This document shows, piece after piece, positions 12,080 to 24,470 of a stretch of DNA of 64,000 nucleotides; the first letter of the stretch is position 1, and each line of letters begins with the position of its first letter. Source of the DNA: Eutreptiella sp. 'Long Island Sound 2002'. Lineage: Eukaryota; Protista; Euglenida. Below the pieces are notes generated by a model. The model saw only the letters and a program-made list of their open reading frames with translations. It was not told where the DNA came from and made no database searches. The DNA lies in contig OZ038378.1 in NCBI GenBank assembly GCA_964036045.1, forward strand, positions 162,688,001-162,752,000, read 5' to 3'. The position numbers and the translations under genes were made by a program.

Positions 12080-13558
12080 CGATTTGATTGGGTGCCCGGA
12101 CGGCGGAAGTCCAGAGAGCACACTTCCTGATCAAACGGCTGTCCAAATACCGCCATTTGGCTCCAAAATGGGGCCGCCAAGGGGCCTAAACAAAAGTCTT
12201 TCAAAAAAACAATCGCTGCCTCGTGGTACGCGGCTCAAAAGGGAGTGGAAACAAGGTTTGCCAGCACACATCATAGTGATGGGCATAGCAGTGATGCATG
12301 AAATCCCTCCACAGCACAGGCCCTCGGGTGAAAGCGGAGCAAGGCTGTGGACTTGGCGCAACCCGCGGGTACCCATGCATACAAAGGGGAAACAGCCCCC
12401 CAGTTCCGACCTCTTGGCTGCCGGCGGGCACTACAGCAAGGCATACCACCGCCGCTCCAGCCAAAGTAACAACACTGGTTTGCTCATGAGTTTGCTCCTA
12501 GTGCATGTTGGGATATGTGGCCCAGCAGAAGCAAGTGGCCGAACCCGCATCTCCTACTGCAACACCAATCTCCACCCATCGCCCTGGGTGGCACACATAC
12601 TGCGCAAGGGGATGGACATATGGTACACGCACTACGGACATAGGTACATGGGGTGGGGGTGGGGGTGGGGGGAGTGAGGCGCTCGCCACAAGGAGGCCTG
12701 GGCACGGAAAGGGCAGGTTGAAGGTTGTTATGTGCCGTCAAGAAAGTGACCCTGGCAGTGGACCTAGGGCCCAGCACCCGCTGTTTGGGAGGGTTTTGGA
12801 CCGGGAGATCAAGGGCACTAGGTGATGAGAGGCCAACGGGCCATGCTACCTACGGAAGGAAAGGGTTCAAGGAATGGACAAGGATACGTGGCAAGAGGCC
12901 GATAGGCACCGCCAGCTTCAGACAGCGACCCAGGCATCATGCCATCCCCCCCCCCCCCCCCCCGGTTGTAGCAGCACCAACCCTCCCATCTTCCCTGGAC
13001 ACATGGTGGCACATGGGCTTTGGCCTTCGGGCCATGGTTGTCGCAACCAGGAACCAAAGTGTGGCCCTAGGGGGGTTTCCAAGGTTCCATGGGGTTGGCT
13101 GCTCCTGCACAAGAGACTGGGCGGCCCTGCCCATGGACACACTGCCAAACCACCCCTGCGTTTCCTTTGGAGGTAAAATGCCTGGATGTGCTGCCACTGA
13201 TGTGTACTATTTGGTGAAAAGGAAGCCCGTGGCTTTGTGTTATATTTCCCACATCAGCAGTGGAGTGCACCCTGAACATCTTTATGAGTGCCGTAGAGTG
13301 CACATATGCAAGGAGAGTCCTTTACACGGGCAGTGCAACAATATGTGCATGGCTCCATTAACCAGCTCACTGATAGTATTTGGCTGGGAAGAAAATGGAA
13401 GCCCCTTTTCAATTCATTGGTCACACACCTGCCCGAAATCAAGTGCATACCCAATGTTCGATCTACGGTTGTGGCAATGGCCAAATGTGAAGGCTACCAG
13501 TGCCGGCACAGGAGTGAACATCACAGGGACCCGCAACCTTGAAGCATTTGGGCGCTGA
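12080..13558 (+). pseudogene. Degraded PLE-like reverse transcriptase (copy lacking the B-C insertion)
   Basis: Across frames: RTRISYCNTNLHP (~RREVIAFCNVPL), NQSVALGGF (13058, motif B), PLRFLWR*NAWM (motif C remnant, ~13150-13190), HLYEC (~AQLCEC), IPNVRS (13453, ~RMNVRS). Confidence 0.5.
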
Positions 13559-14089
13559 AAAGGGGGTCTATAAAGCGGCCCACAGAGCGCCCAACAACCA
13601 CCCAGGGGTGTTCATGGAGTCTGCATTACGCGTTTTTGCAATGTGCAACGCATTTCATTTCAGCATTTCTGTGCAATAGCCCACTGCACAGAGTCCTCCA
13701 GACGTGTGAATGTTCATCCACGATGCAGAGTGGAATTGCTGAAGCAATGAAGTCGTTTGCTCTTCTGCCCCTCCCCTGCAATTCTGACCAATACTGCCGC
13801 GTTGCCATACATTTCAGCCTGCACAGCTTTCCTTTTGGGCCCAGGACACGGCCACCCCCGACAGTCCCACTTCAAACGAGCCGATTCATGAACTCCACTT
13901 CCTCAAGCGCAATGAAATGCCAGTCCCCAGCGCGACCTGGGAGGTATGTTCAATGGGCACGGCGGTAGGGTAAATGGCAGCACTACCCTCGAAAAGACCT
14001 CCGTGTGTTTGAACACCTCACGTCCGGTTTGTCCCTGCATTTCAGGCACACACACAGTGAGTGTCTGTCTACCCTGTGAGCCACTGTCA

Positions 14090-15667
14090 GTGGTGGCTGG
14101 CAATCTCACAAGCCACTGCCCCAATCGCTTGCCACGAAACGCTGGCCTGTTTGCGACAACCCAGACACAACAACAAAATAGAAATGTGCAGCAAACTGTA
14201 TATTGTACAATATCCGCTCTGCATTCCCCTGCAAACAGTACAGGTCAGCAACGAATTCTTTTTGGATAGTTTTGGTTGAACACAATGAGTCCCGAAACTG
14301 CATAAACACAAAACCACCAGATTGCACCGAATTTGCGTCTCAGAAGATACGGTGAGAATGCTGGTTGTTGCATAGGCGCAAGAGTGAAGCCGCGAAAGTG
14401 GGAAGGGTTGGTCCAAGGGGGAGGGGGGGCGAAGCCGATATGCACGGTTGTATTTTATGACCTGCGAGGCAGGACCTTGTTAATCTGGTTGTTAACCTTG
14501 CAGTCTGCCTCTCCAATGACCATACAGTCCCAGTTGTCACGGTGAGAAAGCTCGTGCGCCGCAGTGGTTGTGTCATGATGATGAAAACATGCAGATAACT
14601 CACAAGGCAGGAAACATGTAAACGCACGCATCGCTTGGTGCAATTTCCAAATTGGAATAACAGGGGCAGAAACAGCGCATATCGGATGCCGAGTTTGTTT
14701 TTGGTATCCCCAAAGACTTACCTTTACCAACGAGCAAAGCAAGCTTGGCACGAGGCAAAAGGCACCAATCTTCATCATACACCAGCTGTTGTAGGTCCGT
14801 TACCATTCCAATGGGAGGTACAAAGCGATTTGTGTGTGTGCAGAAGGTGCCACACATGAGGAAGAGATGTCTAATTCGTGTGGATGAATCTTCCAGGGGC
14901 TTGACCGCTCGGAGAGTCTGCAGACTGTCCACTGGGAGGCACACCACTGACATCACTTGCCCTGTTTTGTTTTTTTTGGCACCCAAGAAGGGGCGGAGCC
15001 GGAAGGGCACCACCTCGGATCATCTGAATCGGACTCCGGCATCCCCGTGTCATGATGGGCCCGGGAGGCAAGATGTCTGCCGCATCCACTGCGACACGAG
15101 CACATCGCAGGGCAGGTGCTGGTCCCATTGAGGCAAGGAACAGTCATCCACATTTTTGAACAGCTGCCTCGGGAAAATCCCCCAATTTGGTGTCTCTAGA
15201 CCGTCTGTCCCCTTGTTGATTGATGTTGGGTTGGCAAGTAGTAGAGGAGGAGTCGATGATTGCGCTTCGCTTGAGCTTATAGAGGAGGGTCATTAAGCCT
15301 CGGTGCCTACCTGACTGGGCCTGCTGGCGCTGGCCCTAGTGCTGCTGCTCACTCCCTTCCGTCAGAAGTAGGAGGCGAAGGCAGGAAACCATTGGAAAGC
15401 CGAACTAGCAGCCTCTCTTTGGGGCCTGCGGCTGAATATACGTTTTTTGCATTTCCAAAGACCCAAGTGCTCGTGCCATGAGTGAGGGATTTCGGAGCCC
15501 CCCGAAGTTGTGTTGTTGCGTGCGTTGATGCCTGTGACCTCTGGGGGGGTCTGCCTGTCCACGACATGTCGCAGGATTATGGGTGACAGCATGATATCCC
15601 TGAACTGCACTTCCCCTGACGCATCCCGAATCTCAAATGGAGAGGTGTGTTGTTGGACAAGGGACAT
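14090..15667 (-). pseudogene. Degraded PLE-like reverse transcriptase
   Basis: Across frames: LWKCKK...RPQRE, AQSGRHRGLMTLLYKL (~ARVIGRCLQLLVKAL), FVPPIG (motif B, ~14810), LSHRDNW (motif C, 14533-14541), SLLHISILLLC (~SLLHKSLLYCC). Confidence 0.5.
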
Positions 15668-15685
15668 CCCAAGGGACTGAGCGGG

Positions 15686-15840
15686 GAAATCACACAGTCC
15701 TTGATTTAAAAAATCCTTGATTTTAAATCAAGGACTTCTCAAATCAAGGATTTTTTAAGTCAAGGATTGCTAAATGAAGGACTTTTTGAATCAAGGAGTT
15801 TTTTAATCAAGGACTTTTCAAATCAAGGAATCGCACAGTC
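15686..15840. repeat. 16-bp AAATCAAGGA array (2 inverted + 7 direct units) between 12-bp direct repeats
   Basis: tccttgattt at 15698 and 15714. aaatcaagga-like units at 15725, 15741, 15757, 15772, 15788, 15804 and 15820. Flanks aatcacacagtc / aatcgcacagtc. Confidence 0.9.
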
Positions 15841-16193
15841 TGCACATTCCCCGCAGAATTTCAACAGCCCTTGCAGACGTGCAGCAGCACCGCAGACAGC
15901 CAACGGTGCATTCCGGAAAGTTTAGGTCACTGCAAACTCTTGGGGCGGGTGTGGCGATTTTCAATCCATTTCCGGAACACCGCACATTTCTGCACACTTC
16001 TGAATTCTGCGCAAATCTGAAATTTTCTTGGCCTCTGCAGGTTCTACCGGGTGCAAGGGCACTAAGGACAGGCGGGTAGTCCCTAAACTTCTGCCGAAGG
16101 GGTTTTCGTTTTTGGTGGTATCAGGTGCCCCACCCTGGCGGCCGACGACCGTTGTTTCTGTGGCGTGCGCTGCAGCTGCAACTTCCGCCTGTA

Positions 16194-16870
16194 TGGCTCT
16201 GGCATCCAGCCCTGCGCTGGCCCTGCGTGCGCAGTGGTACGCAGACTTATAAACCCACCAGCCAAGCCCGGATGCAGTGCTGCTCTGAGAACCTGGCACC
16301 CACGTTGAATACTGGAGGTTATAGTGGTCCCCGCCGAGAGTTCAGTGCATGTCTTGCTCACGCCACCGTGTCTCGTCCCGGGACCCCAGGAGCACCACCG
16401 GCCCAGCGCCATGTGGCGTTCTGGCCAGCCCAGGGCGGCGCCCCCCCCCCCCCCCCCCAGTGGCGGGGGCCGTGTAGCACCCAGCCCGGGGAGCATGGGG
16501 AGGGCGCCACGGGGGGTGACGGGGGGAGGGGGAGGGGGTGTGGGGGGAGACGAGAGCGAAGCGATGGACGTTGCGCCCGCCGCAGTGTGGCGCCCTCCAG
16601 CCCAGCCCGGCCGGGGCAGCCGTATCCGGTGCGTCTGGTGGAATCGGCTCCGGGCACAGCAGACACCAGACACCAGACACCCTGCCAAATTGAACCATGC
16701 CAGGCACTACCCTCTGCAAAGACCTGTACTGGGACCGCTAAAACCTCCAGTATTCAACGTGGGTGCCAGGTTCCCAGAGCAGCACTGCATCCGGGCTTAG
16801 CTGGTGGGCATATAAGTCTGCCTGCCACTGCGCACGCAGGGCCGGCGCCAGGGCTAGTGCAAGAGCCATA
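16194..16870. repeat. ~150-bp inverted repeat pair (16194-16345 vs 16715-16870) around a G/C-rich spacer
   Basis: atggctct...ggccctgcgtgcgcagtgg...cccggatgcagtgctgctctg.gaacctggcacccacgttgaatactggaggtt is present on both strands at high identity. Confidence 0.92.
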
Positions 16871-19602
16871 AATTTGGCAGGGGGGGGGGGGGGGCAAGGG
16901 GGCTGTGGGCATGTGGGCGGTCTGAAGGGGGTTGGGGGATGTGGGGTTGGGAGCGGATGGGGATGTGGGGTGTCTGGACCCCCTGGACTCTGTTTGCACC
17001 ATCCACCGTTGAGCTCCGGGTTGTCCTGCAAAACGCTTTGCCGCACACCCTGTTTTGCTTCCGTGGAATCCAACGGCACCCAAGGATTTGGGTTCGGTCG
17101 ATGGATCCCCTTCTGCGAGTGGGTTTCTGGTGGGCACACACGGTTTGGGTTGGGTTGGGTCTCAGCTTGTAGCAACGGCAGGTCATTCCAGTCTTCTGGG
17201 AGGAGGGGGGGCGTTGGACTGTGGACAGTGCCTGCTGCGCGACATTGCACTGCTGCTTCATGTGTTCTATGCCACAGTACCCCGGATGGCATCCTGTCTC
17301 ATTGCCAGACTGAAATCAGATGCATTTGGCTGCTGGTGCTCATTGCTTGCTGCCCCCCACCTCCTCCTACTCGTCCCTCTTTGCTCACTGTGCCTTCCTG
17401 GCTGTGCCTCAACATTGCCAATTGGTCGCTTCTCTGCCTCATCACCCCCGTGGCTTGTGGCTTGTGCTTCTCTGATCTGACGCCAATGTGACTTCTTGCC
17501 AACCGTCGCGGGCCTTCTGGCTTGGCCTTGCTCCCCCCCTGCCCTCTCCCCCCTGCTTGCCCACTGCAGGAGGGGCCGGCGAGCGGTGTAGCCCTCAGCG
17601 TCGCATCTCGTCTGAGGTGACCACGGCGCGGCGGGCCCCGCTCCCTCGAGTGCTCCCGGGGCAGGGAAGTGCTCTGCACGCCCCAGGACCTTTCATCCAC
17701 CAGGACGCCCCCAGCCGGTCTTGCCCTCTGTGCCACGCCACCTGTGCCCCTCTGGGTCAGTCAAGGAGCGCCACAGGCCACACGTCCTGGCTACACCCCG
17801 TGCACCCCTCGGGGGTTCAGCCGTGGGCCAGAGGAAGCCGCAGGTCACCTGACCCACAGTCTCCACCAGCGGCCTTGGAGTAGGGCTCCCCTGCCCCCTG
17901 CCCTGCCGCTCTGGGGCCTGGAGCACTGGGTACACACAGCCCCCCCCCCCCCCCCCACACAACAGCACCCCCCCCCCCGTGCAGCCACAGCACAGACGGC
18001 ACCGCTGTGCGCACGCCAGAAACCCCACCCCCCCCCCGCCCCCGCCAACACAGACACTGGGCCAGACACCTCCCTGAGATGAGACCCCCCCCATCCACCC
18101 ACCACAAGCGCACACTGACAACACACACAGGGACGGCGGTATCTCCCTCCCACCAGCGCCTCGGGGGGGGTTTGGGGATGTTCAGCAGTCTGGGCGGCTG
18201 TGAGACCAGGCAACTGAAGCCGGGGCCCAGATGCGTCAACGAATTAAGATTACACAGGCCTGGGGTGGGTCCCTAAACGCGGTGTGATCAAACAACAGTA
18301 CACAGAAAGCAGAAAGAGGGCGGAGACCTCTGAGGGACTCCATTATGATACAGGGGGACGCCGATGGGCCGTGCACACCGCATGCCTTGTGTTCTGCAGC
18401 ATGCTCATGAGGGGCCTGCCGCTGCCGTGCCCTCACCGACTGGAAGCCCCAAAGCCGGCACCCCCGGCACCGGAAGCCCGAATGCCGAAAAGAAATTGCC
18501 GAAGCCGGACCAGTGGAGTATGTGTCGTTGAGTTTGTCTTGCCCGCACCCTCGGGCCACCCACCTCCTTTCTCGGCCTCAATGTGTGTCACCATGTTTGC
18601 TTTCGTCGCCGCACCCGGGGGAGACGCCCTCCAAGTCCGCCTCCACCAGCACGACTCCGCAGCCCCCAGCCCAAGTTCCCCTCGCCTTTGTTCACCACCC
18701 CCTCCTTTCTTCCTTCCTGCATCCGTAACCCCCTCCCAGACCTCATCCCTCTGAAAATGGTTGTCTCTCCCTTGTTGTGGCCATCAATAAGTACCGAACT
18801 AACCCGCCCATTGATAACAGTATTTTTGTCAGCTATTCGAGACTCGGGTCGTGGATGCCTGCAGCTCGGCTCAAAGCTACCCAATGCCCCCCCCCCCCCC
18901 CCAAGAAGGTTCAAGGGCGAGAGGCCAATAGGCGCCGCCACAGGCTAACAGAGCCAACCACCAAGGCCTTGTGCCAACAACCCCCCCCCCCCCCCCCCCG
19001 CGCATATTGGCACTCTGGTTGTGCACGCATGCGAACCTTTTGAACGGGTTCTGAGGCTGTTTTGGGCAAAAAAAAAAACGGCTATTTTTGGCCCAAAATG
19101 GCCCAGTTTTTGGAGGGCACCTCCCGACTTGGTCGATGGCATCCTGGGGCCCCATCGGTTTTTGTTCAAACCTTGGATTTGGCAAGGCTCCAGGATGGCT
19201 AGAGTAGAGTAGAGCTCGAAGGATTGGGATCGTTGCTTCCCCTATCCCCTTCCCCAGGGGCTGGAAGCAATTTTTTCTGAAGTGGTCCGCTGCGTTGGCC
19301 GGCCAGGGCTGGCCTGCCCCGCCCCCCGAGACCCCCGTAACGTCGCTGGGCAATGGGCTCGTCGGTACCTCCACCAGCGCCGTGCCCCGGCTGGCCACCA
19401 CTCCCCCAGTGGCCTCGGTTTGCCACACTCTTTCCTGCACAGGCATCTACAACATGACCACCGAGTGCATGAATGAACGCTTCCGGTACTACAAACCTGC
19501 CGCGCCGGTCTCTAATGGGCCACCCCCATTGAAACTGTGACGCTGTCGCCCGGTCGCCCTTCGTGCAAATCCCGCGGGGGCCTTAGTGACGGCGGTCAGT
19601 GC

Positions 19603-20050
19603 AACCGCCCGCGAAGCGAGTCAGCGAGTGTGCACAGAACTGTGCCCTCAGCAAAGAGGATCCGCACTGGTCAGGAGCAGGAAGTGGCATACCAACACGA
19701 TGGGCTGGCCTGGTTGACACAGGGGGTGACGCGTTCCCCCAGAAAGCGTCTTCCTATTACGAACTATCGCCGTGCCCATTGTGTGTGTGTGTGTGTGCGG
19801 CGTCCCCTGTACTTTAAAGCACCGACTTGATGGCTTTTCCACGTCTGTTTTGGTCGTAACGAAGTGCGCGCGCGCGCGTGTGTGCGCGACTGTGTTTTTG
19901 TGTGCCTCTGCGCCTGCGCCTGCGTGAACTGTGTGTATGTGTGTGGCTGCTGCGCGCCTTCATCCTGCAGAAAGGCGCCTCAGGTGAGGACGGTTGGTGC
20001 AACCGCCGACAGAATTAGTGAATATGTGTGCACAGAACTGTGCCCTGTCC
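19603..20050 (+). repeat. Short degenerate duplication (caaccgcc...gtgtgcacagaactgtgccct) about 400 bp apart
   Basis: An identical 21-mer gtgtgcacagaactgtgccct occurs near 19627 and 20026, with a similar lead-in. Confidence 0.65.
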
Positions 20051-23000
20051 CTCGTAACACAAGAAGCCTCACGGACAATCAGCGTGGATGCCTGGGAGCA
20101 TGCCCCCCTCTGGCAGGCTCCTTTGCTGAGAGCGTACAGAAGTGGCACGCCAGGTGGATGTGCTGACCAGTCCGGTTCGTGTACACTGGGGTAACACATC
20201 TCTCCGAGTGCTGCCCATAGATGCGTGTCCGGCTGCTGGGTAGTTACAGACACGAATGTTCGTCACCACTTTGAGTGGCCAGTCCACTTGCTCTTTTGGC
20301 GTGCAGAGGTGTGTGACCAACTCACGGTCTCTGTCAGCACTGGTTTGTCGTCACTTCGGTGGGTTTCGGTGCTCAATGTCCCTCGGAGTGACAGTGCATG
20401 GTTCTAAGGCCATCACAGTAAAGTCAACAACGAGCTTGAACGTGCGATTGGCCCAAAAATCGGATCTGAGGCAAAAAGCAAATCACTAGATGACCATCAG
20501 GGCACACGGCCAACAAGCAGCAGGCATGGGTGCTGGTGAAGCATCCAACCAAGCGAATGATCCTGATGTTCTTCCGTGTGGTGATTTAGAGCTTGTCAGT
20601 GATATTGTCCTCGATTAATTCTGACCCATGGGGCCAACCCAACAATTGGTTAAAAGTACAAGAAAGCACCCACAATATACTCTTTCTGGTCCCTGCACTG
20701 TGGCTTGCTGGATAGGTGTCTGATGTTTTTGCACCGTTTTTCGGACACTGTACTTGTTCTGCAAAGTCCCATCACCATGTGGACCTTGGCCACCACCATG
20801 ATATGGCAGCATTGCGTAGGTTGAGGCAGAATTGAAATGTGCAGGTTTATAATAGAGGTCTCATATTGTAATGCGACACATCTGCAGGTTGGGATTTGCT
20901 TAAAACAGCGTTCCTAATGTGATCAAATTGCTTGAATGGGGAGCAAACCCCTCAGCCCCTAGTCTACCAATTTTACTCCCCTTTACCCCAGAGTTAGATT
21001 TCTAATCTATCTACAGTGCCCAATTAAGGCTGCTTCTGACTGTACATATGTAGACTGGCATCAGTGCTGGTAGGTTGCTGTTCCACGTTCTCTTGTCAGC
21101 TGTCCTTTGCATCCCTTTTTGTTGGTTTTTTGGCTCTCGTGAGAAGCTCATTTCCGGGTCTTGTTGTTTACATTCTTGACTGTAGAGTGAATGAGGCGAC
21201 TCACTGGTGGCATTGCCACCCACATCACCTCTGAGGTCTCTTCCAACCCGAGGGCGGTCATGCTGCGTGTTGTGCGCAAGCACGGCCTTATCTAACCACA
21301 GGATCTCGCTCCGGCTGTTGTTTTGCCTGACTGTGGCCATGCTTACGCAAGGGCCGGGGGTAACACCCACAGCCTGAATGGCCTCACCCACTTGCATTCA
21401 TGGTGCTGAATACCAATTTCTTCATCCGCCTCAGGTCGCTGTGTGAGTTGTTGGGTAGACTGCGTTCCACAAGGCATTTCATTCCACAAATATCCTGTTT
21501 AACCTTCTGCTGTGCAAGACTACGCGAGAAGCAAGCACGATGACACATTGAAGTTGAGCTTGAGATGCTTCTACAGGGTCAGCCTCGGAGATAATTTGTT
21601 ATTTCTAATGCATTTCACATGAAGCACAGACCCAAGTTGCAATTATGGTTGCCTTCAGCAGAATGTCCTCTGACCATGCAACCGCCAAAGTAGAGGTGTT
21701 ATCACCTCAAGGGGGGGTGGATAGGGGTGAATGATACTGAAACAAGGGTGGGTGTGTCTTTTGCAATGGAGCTGTAGTGGTTCTTTGGATTGGCAGCAAC
21801 CTCGATGATGTCATATTTTGTCTGCAGACTGTGCGCTGTGAACATGCACTACCCTGGCTCTATTTTTACATTTGTCTCATTTGTTGTGTAGCGCAGCAAA
21901 TTTTGGTGACCTACTACTTCTACTTGCAGAGGCTTCACTACAGTCAGGATATGCACCATACTACATCAGGTCCTAATTTTGTGTGTTGCTACTTGTAGCT
22001 GCACACCCAGACTCGAGGGCTAGGTGGCGTTGCATATTTGATCGACAGATTGTGGATGAATGACACGCAAGTTGCTAGTTTATGCCTGTGTACTGCCCCC
22101 ACCTTCAACTCGACGCTACGCTCTTGCTCCTAAATCAACGATGCTCCTTGGCTTGTCGGCTGTTGCTAAATGGGTTTGAATAGCCCTAGGCACCACATCC
22201 TGAATCTTGTCGACTCCCTGTCGATGTCCTTGGGATGCACCACTGCCGCTGCGTCCTGTTCCATGTGTTCTGTCATTGTTGATGCAATGCAATGGTGGCG
22301 CACTGTGGGCGAAAAATGAAAACCAACCTGTCTGCAAAATGGAAAGCTTATGTTTTTGGCAAAACATTGGTTCTTTTTTGTCCAAACCATTTGTACAACT
22401 CATACTTGAACACTCATGGTATCAATAACCAGTGCCTGTTTAGGTACATAAGTCGAAACCAATAATTGGTTTTGATTTTTGACGCTGGCAACAATGACCG
22501 GTTTTGGATGTCCAAAAAAACTCCAAGTGTTACCTCATCCTCACCTTGAGGCTTGGAATCTTTGACCACATTTGACACCGTTGATTGCTACAACAAAAAT
22601 TACTTTACCATGGGTTCTTGTCTTAGTAAAAATTTCAAACTGATTATTAGTTTGGATTGCTTCAGCTAAATAAGTGCCGGAAATTGAGAAATTGAATACA
22701 ACATTCCAAGCTTTGATGGCAGATTTTGCCAGCAGCATCAGTTGGGGCATATGGACACGATCTTTGGCACGCTTGTGAACATAAAGGTTGTTGCGGTGGG
22801 AATATTCCAAGTGGGAACAATTCGGGCCCTAAGGGAACACCGGAACAAGCTGAAGGGACCAGATAGCGAGGTCCGCCATAAGTTCAGAAGTTTGCAAATG
22901 ATGTTATTGGTCCGTTTTTAGGGTCAAGGGCGTGTCTTTGTCATTGAGGCATTGCTAGCATGCTATGCCGCATTGGAGCCACCTTCATATAGGTGTACAC

Positions 23001-24040
23001 ATTTCGAACTACTGTCCATCTTCAATCGTGCGGTTATTTGTAGTTCACAGCAATGCCTCTAAGTCTTTCCAAGGGTGACGCACGATGAGTCCTGTTACAT
23101 TGGTGCTTTTTGGTTGTGCTTCGTGCTTCTGCTTAGTGTTGTTCTTTTGCATTAATGCTACCTACATCCAAAGGTATTATCTACTAGGGTTATGCATTTT
23201 GAAGATTGGTCATCTGTTTTCATTTTTCCTAGATCACCATGCTTACGAGATAGACCGGCGTCAAGGAAGTGACCACACGTATTGTCCAGTTGGCGAATAC
23301 TCTAAACCTTTAAGATCACACTCTCGTTAAAAAGTACTTGGCGGAATGGGCTGTCTCCTCCTTAGACGCCCGGCGCGAGTCAGCTATGGCCCCCCGTACA
23401 ATGCTAGCACACACCTGCCCAAACGTGTGCCCGAGCATTCGTTTCGATGCCTCCTTGTCAAATTACAAGGGAGGGTTCAATTCTCTGTCATCACCGCCGC
23501 GTCTGTCTTTATTCTTTCGTGTGAAGGTGATACCGCTCCGCCGCCACCGCTTTGGGTGCTGCTGAGATGCTGTGCTATGGCCAGTGCACAAAAAGCGGGG
23601 GGCGGTGGGAGCAACCGGTATGTTGCTTGTCTTCTGACCTGCTTCGGACCAGGTTATTGTATTTTGGCATGTATGTCTTCTTCGGTGATATTTTGACACC
23701 AACTCGGATCGCCTGTAGGTTGTGCATTGCGGTGTGCTCGTGTCGGATTGTGCACTGTGGTGAGCCCTGTGTCGGGATGTGCACTACCAACGCCCTCAAG
23801 ATTGGCGCCAGTGGCAACAAGTTCACTATTTTGTCACCACTTGCAACACCAAGCACTATCTCAAGGTGTGGTGACGCACAAGCAAAATTCCTTGACCCCA
23901 GAAACTCCTGCTTTCCGCCGATTTTGCCCATGAAAAGTTCAGAGAAACAATGATACAAATTGATTGAACGAGAAAAAACAACTTCATGCCAGCAACCTCG
24001 TGCTTTGCAGAATCATTTTGCACAGTGTCAGGTTGTTGTG

Positions 24041-24470
24041 ATAGGTTTTGGGCAATTTTACATCCAAATGTTTGAAATATCCGAACTGACTCATGTCACC
24101 CTTTTGTTGTTCTTGCCATTTTGGGGTTCAGGCACCACCAAACAGCCAAAAAAAAGAATCGGAGCAGCCGGGTCTTCATAGTTTGGCCCTGTTTTGATGG
24201 GTTTTGGGCTATTTTACATCGAAATCGTCGAGATATCCATATTGACCCCTAGGAGTACCCCTTTGTTCTGCAAGTATGGGGTGCCCTGTATCCAGGCACC
24301 ACCAAATTTCAAACAAAAACACACGATCAATTTTCATATTTTGGCCTTGTTTCTGACGAGTCTTGGACCAATTCAAATCCAACTGGTAGAAATATCGCAA
24401 CCGACTCTTGTGAGCCCCTCTTTGTTTTGCAGTTTTAGGTTACCTTGTATCCAGGCAGTAGGTGTAAAGC
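24041..24470. repeat. Three degenerate ~160-bp tandem repeats in an AT-richer region
   Basis: Units start near 24041, 24197 and 24360 (ggttttggg.c.attttacatc.aaat...gaaatatc...ctttgtt...caggcaccaccaaa). Confidence 0.7.

Noticed and set aside
11838-12200. IPPFG as a DNA adenine methyltransferase NPPF motif; LHWAV as ankyrin
   Set aside because: These are isolated words with no supporting motifs, and the region is better explained as an RT N-terminal remnant.
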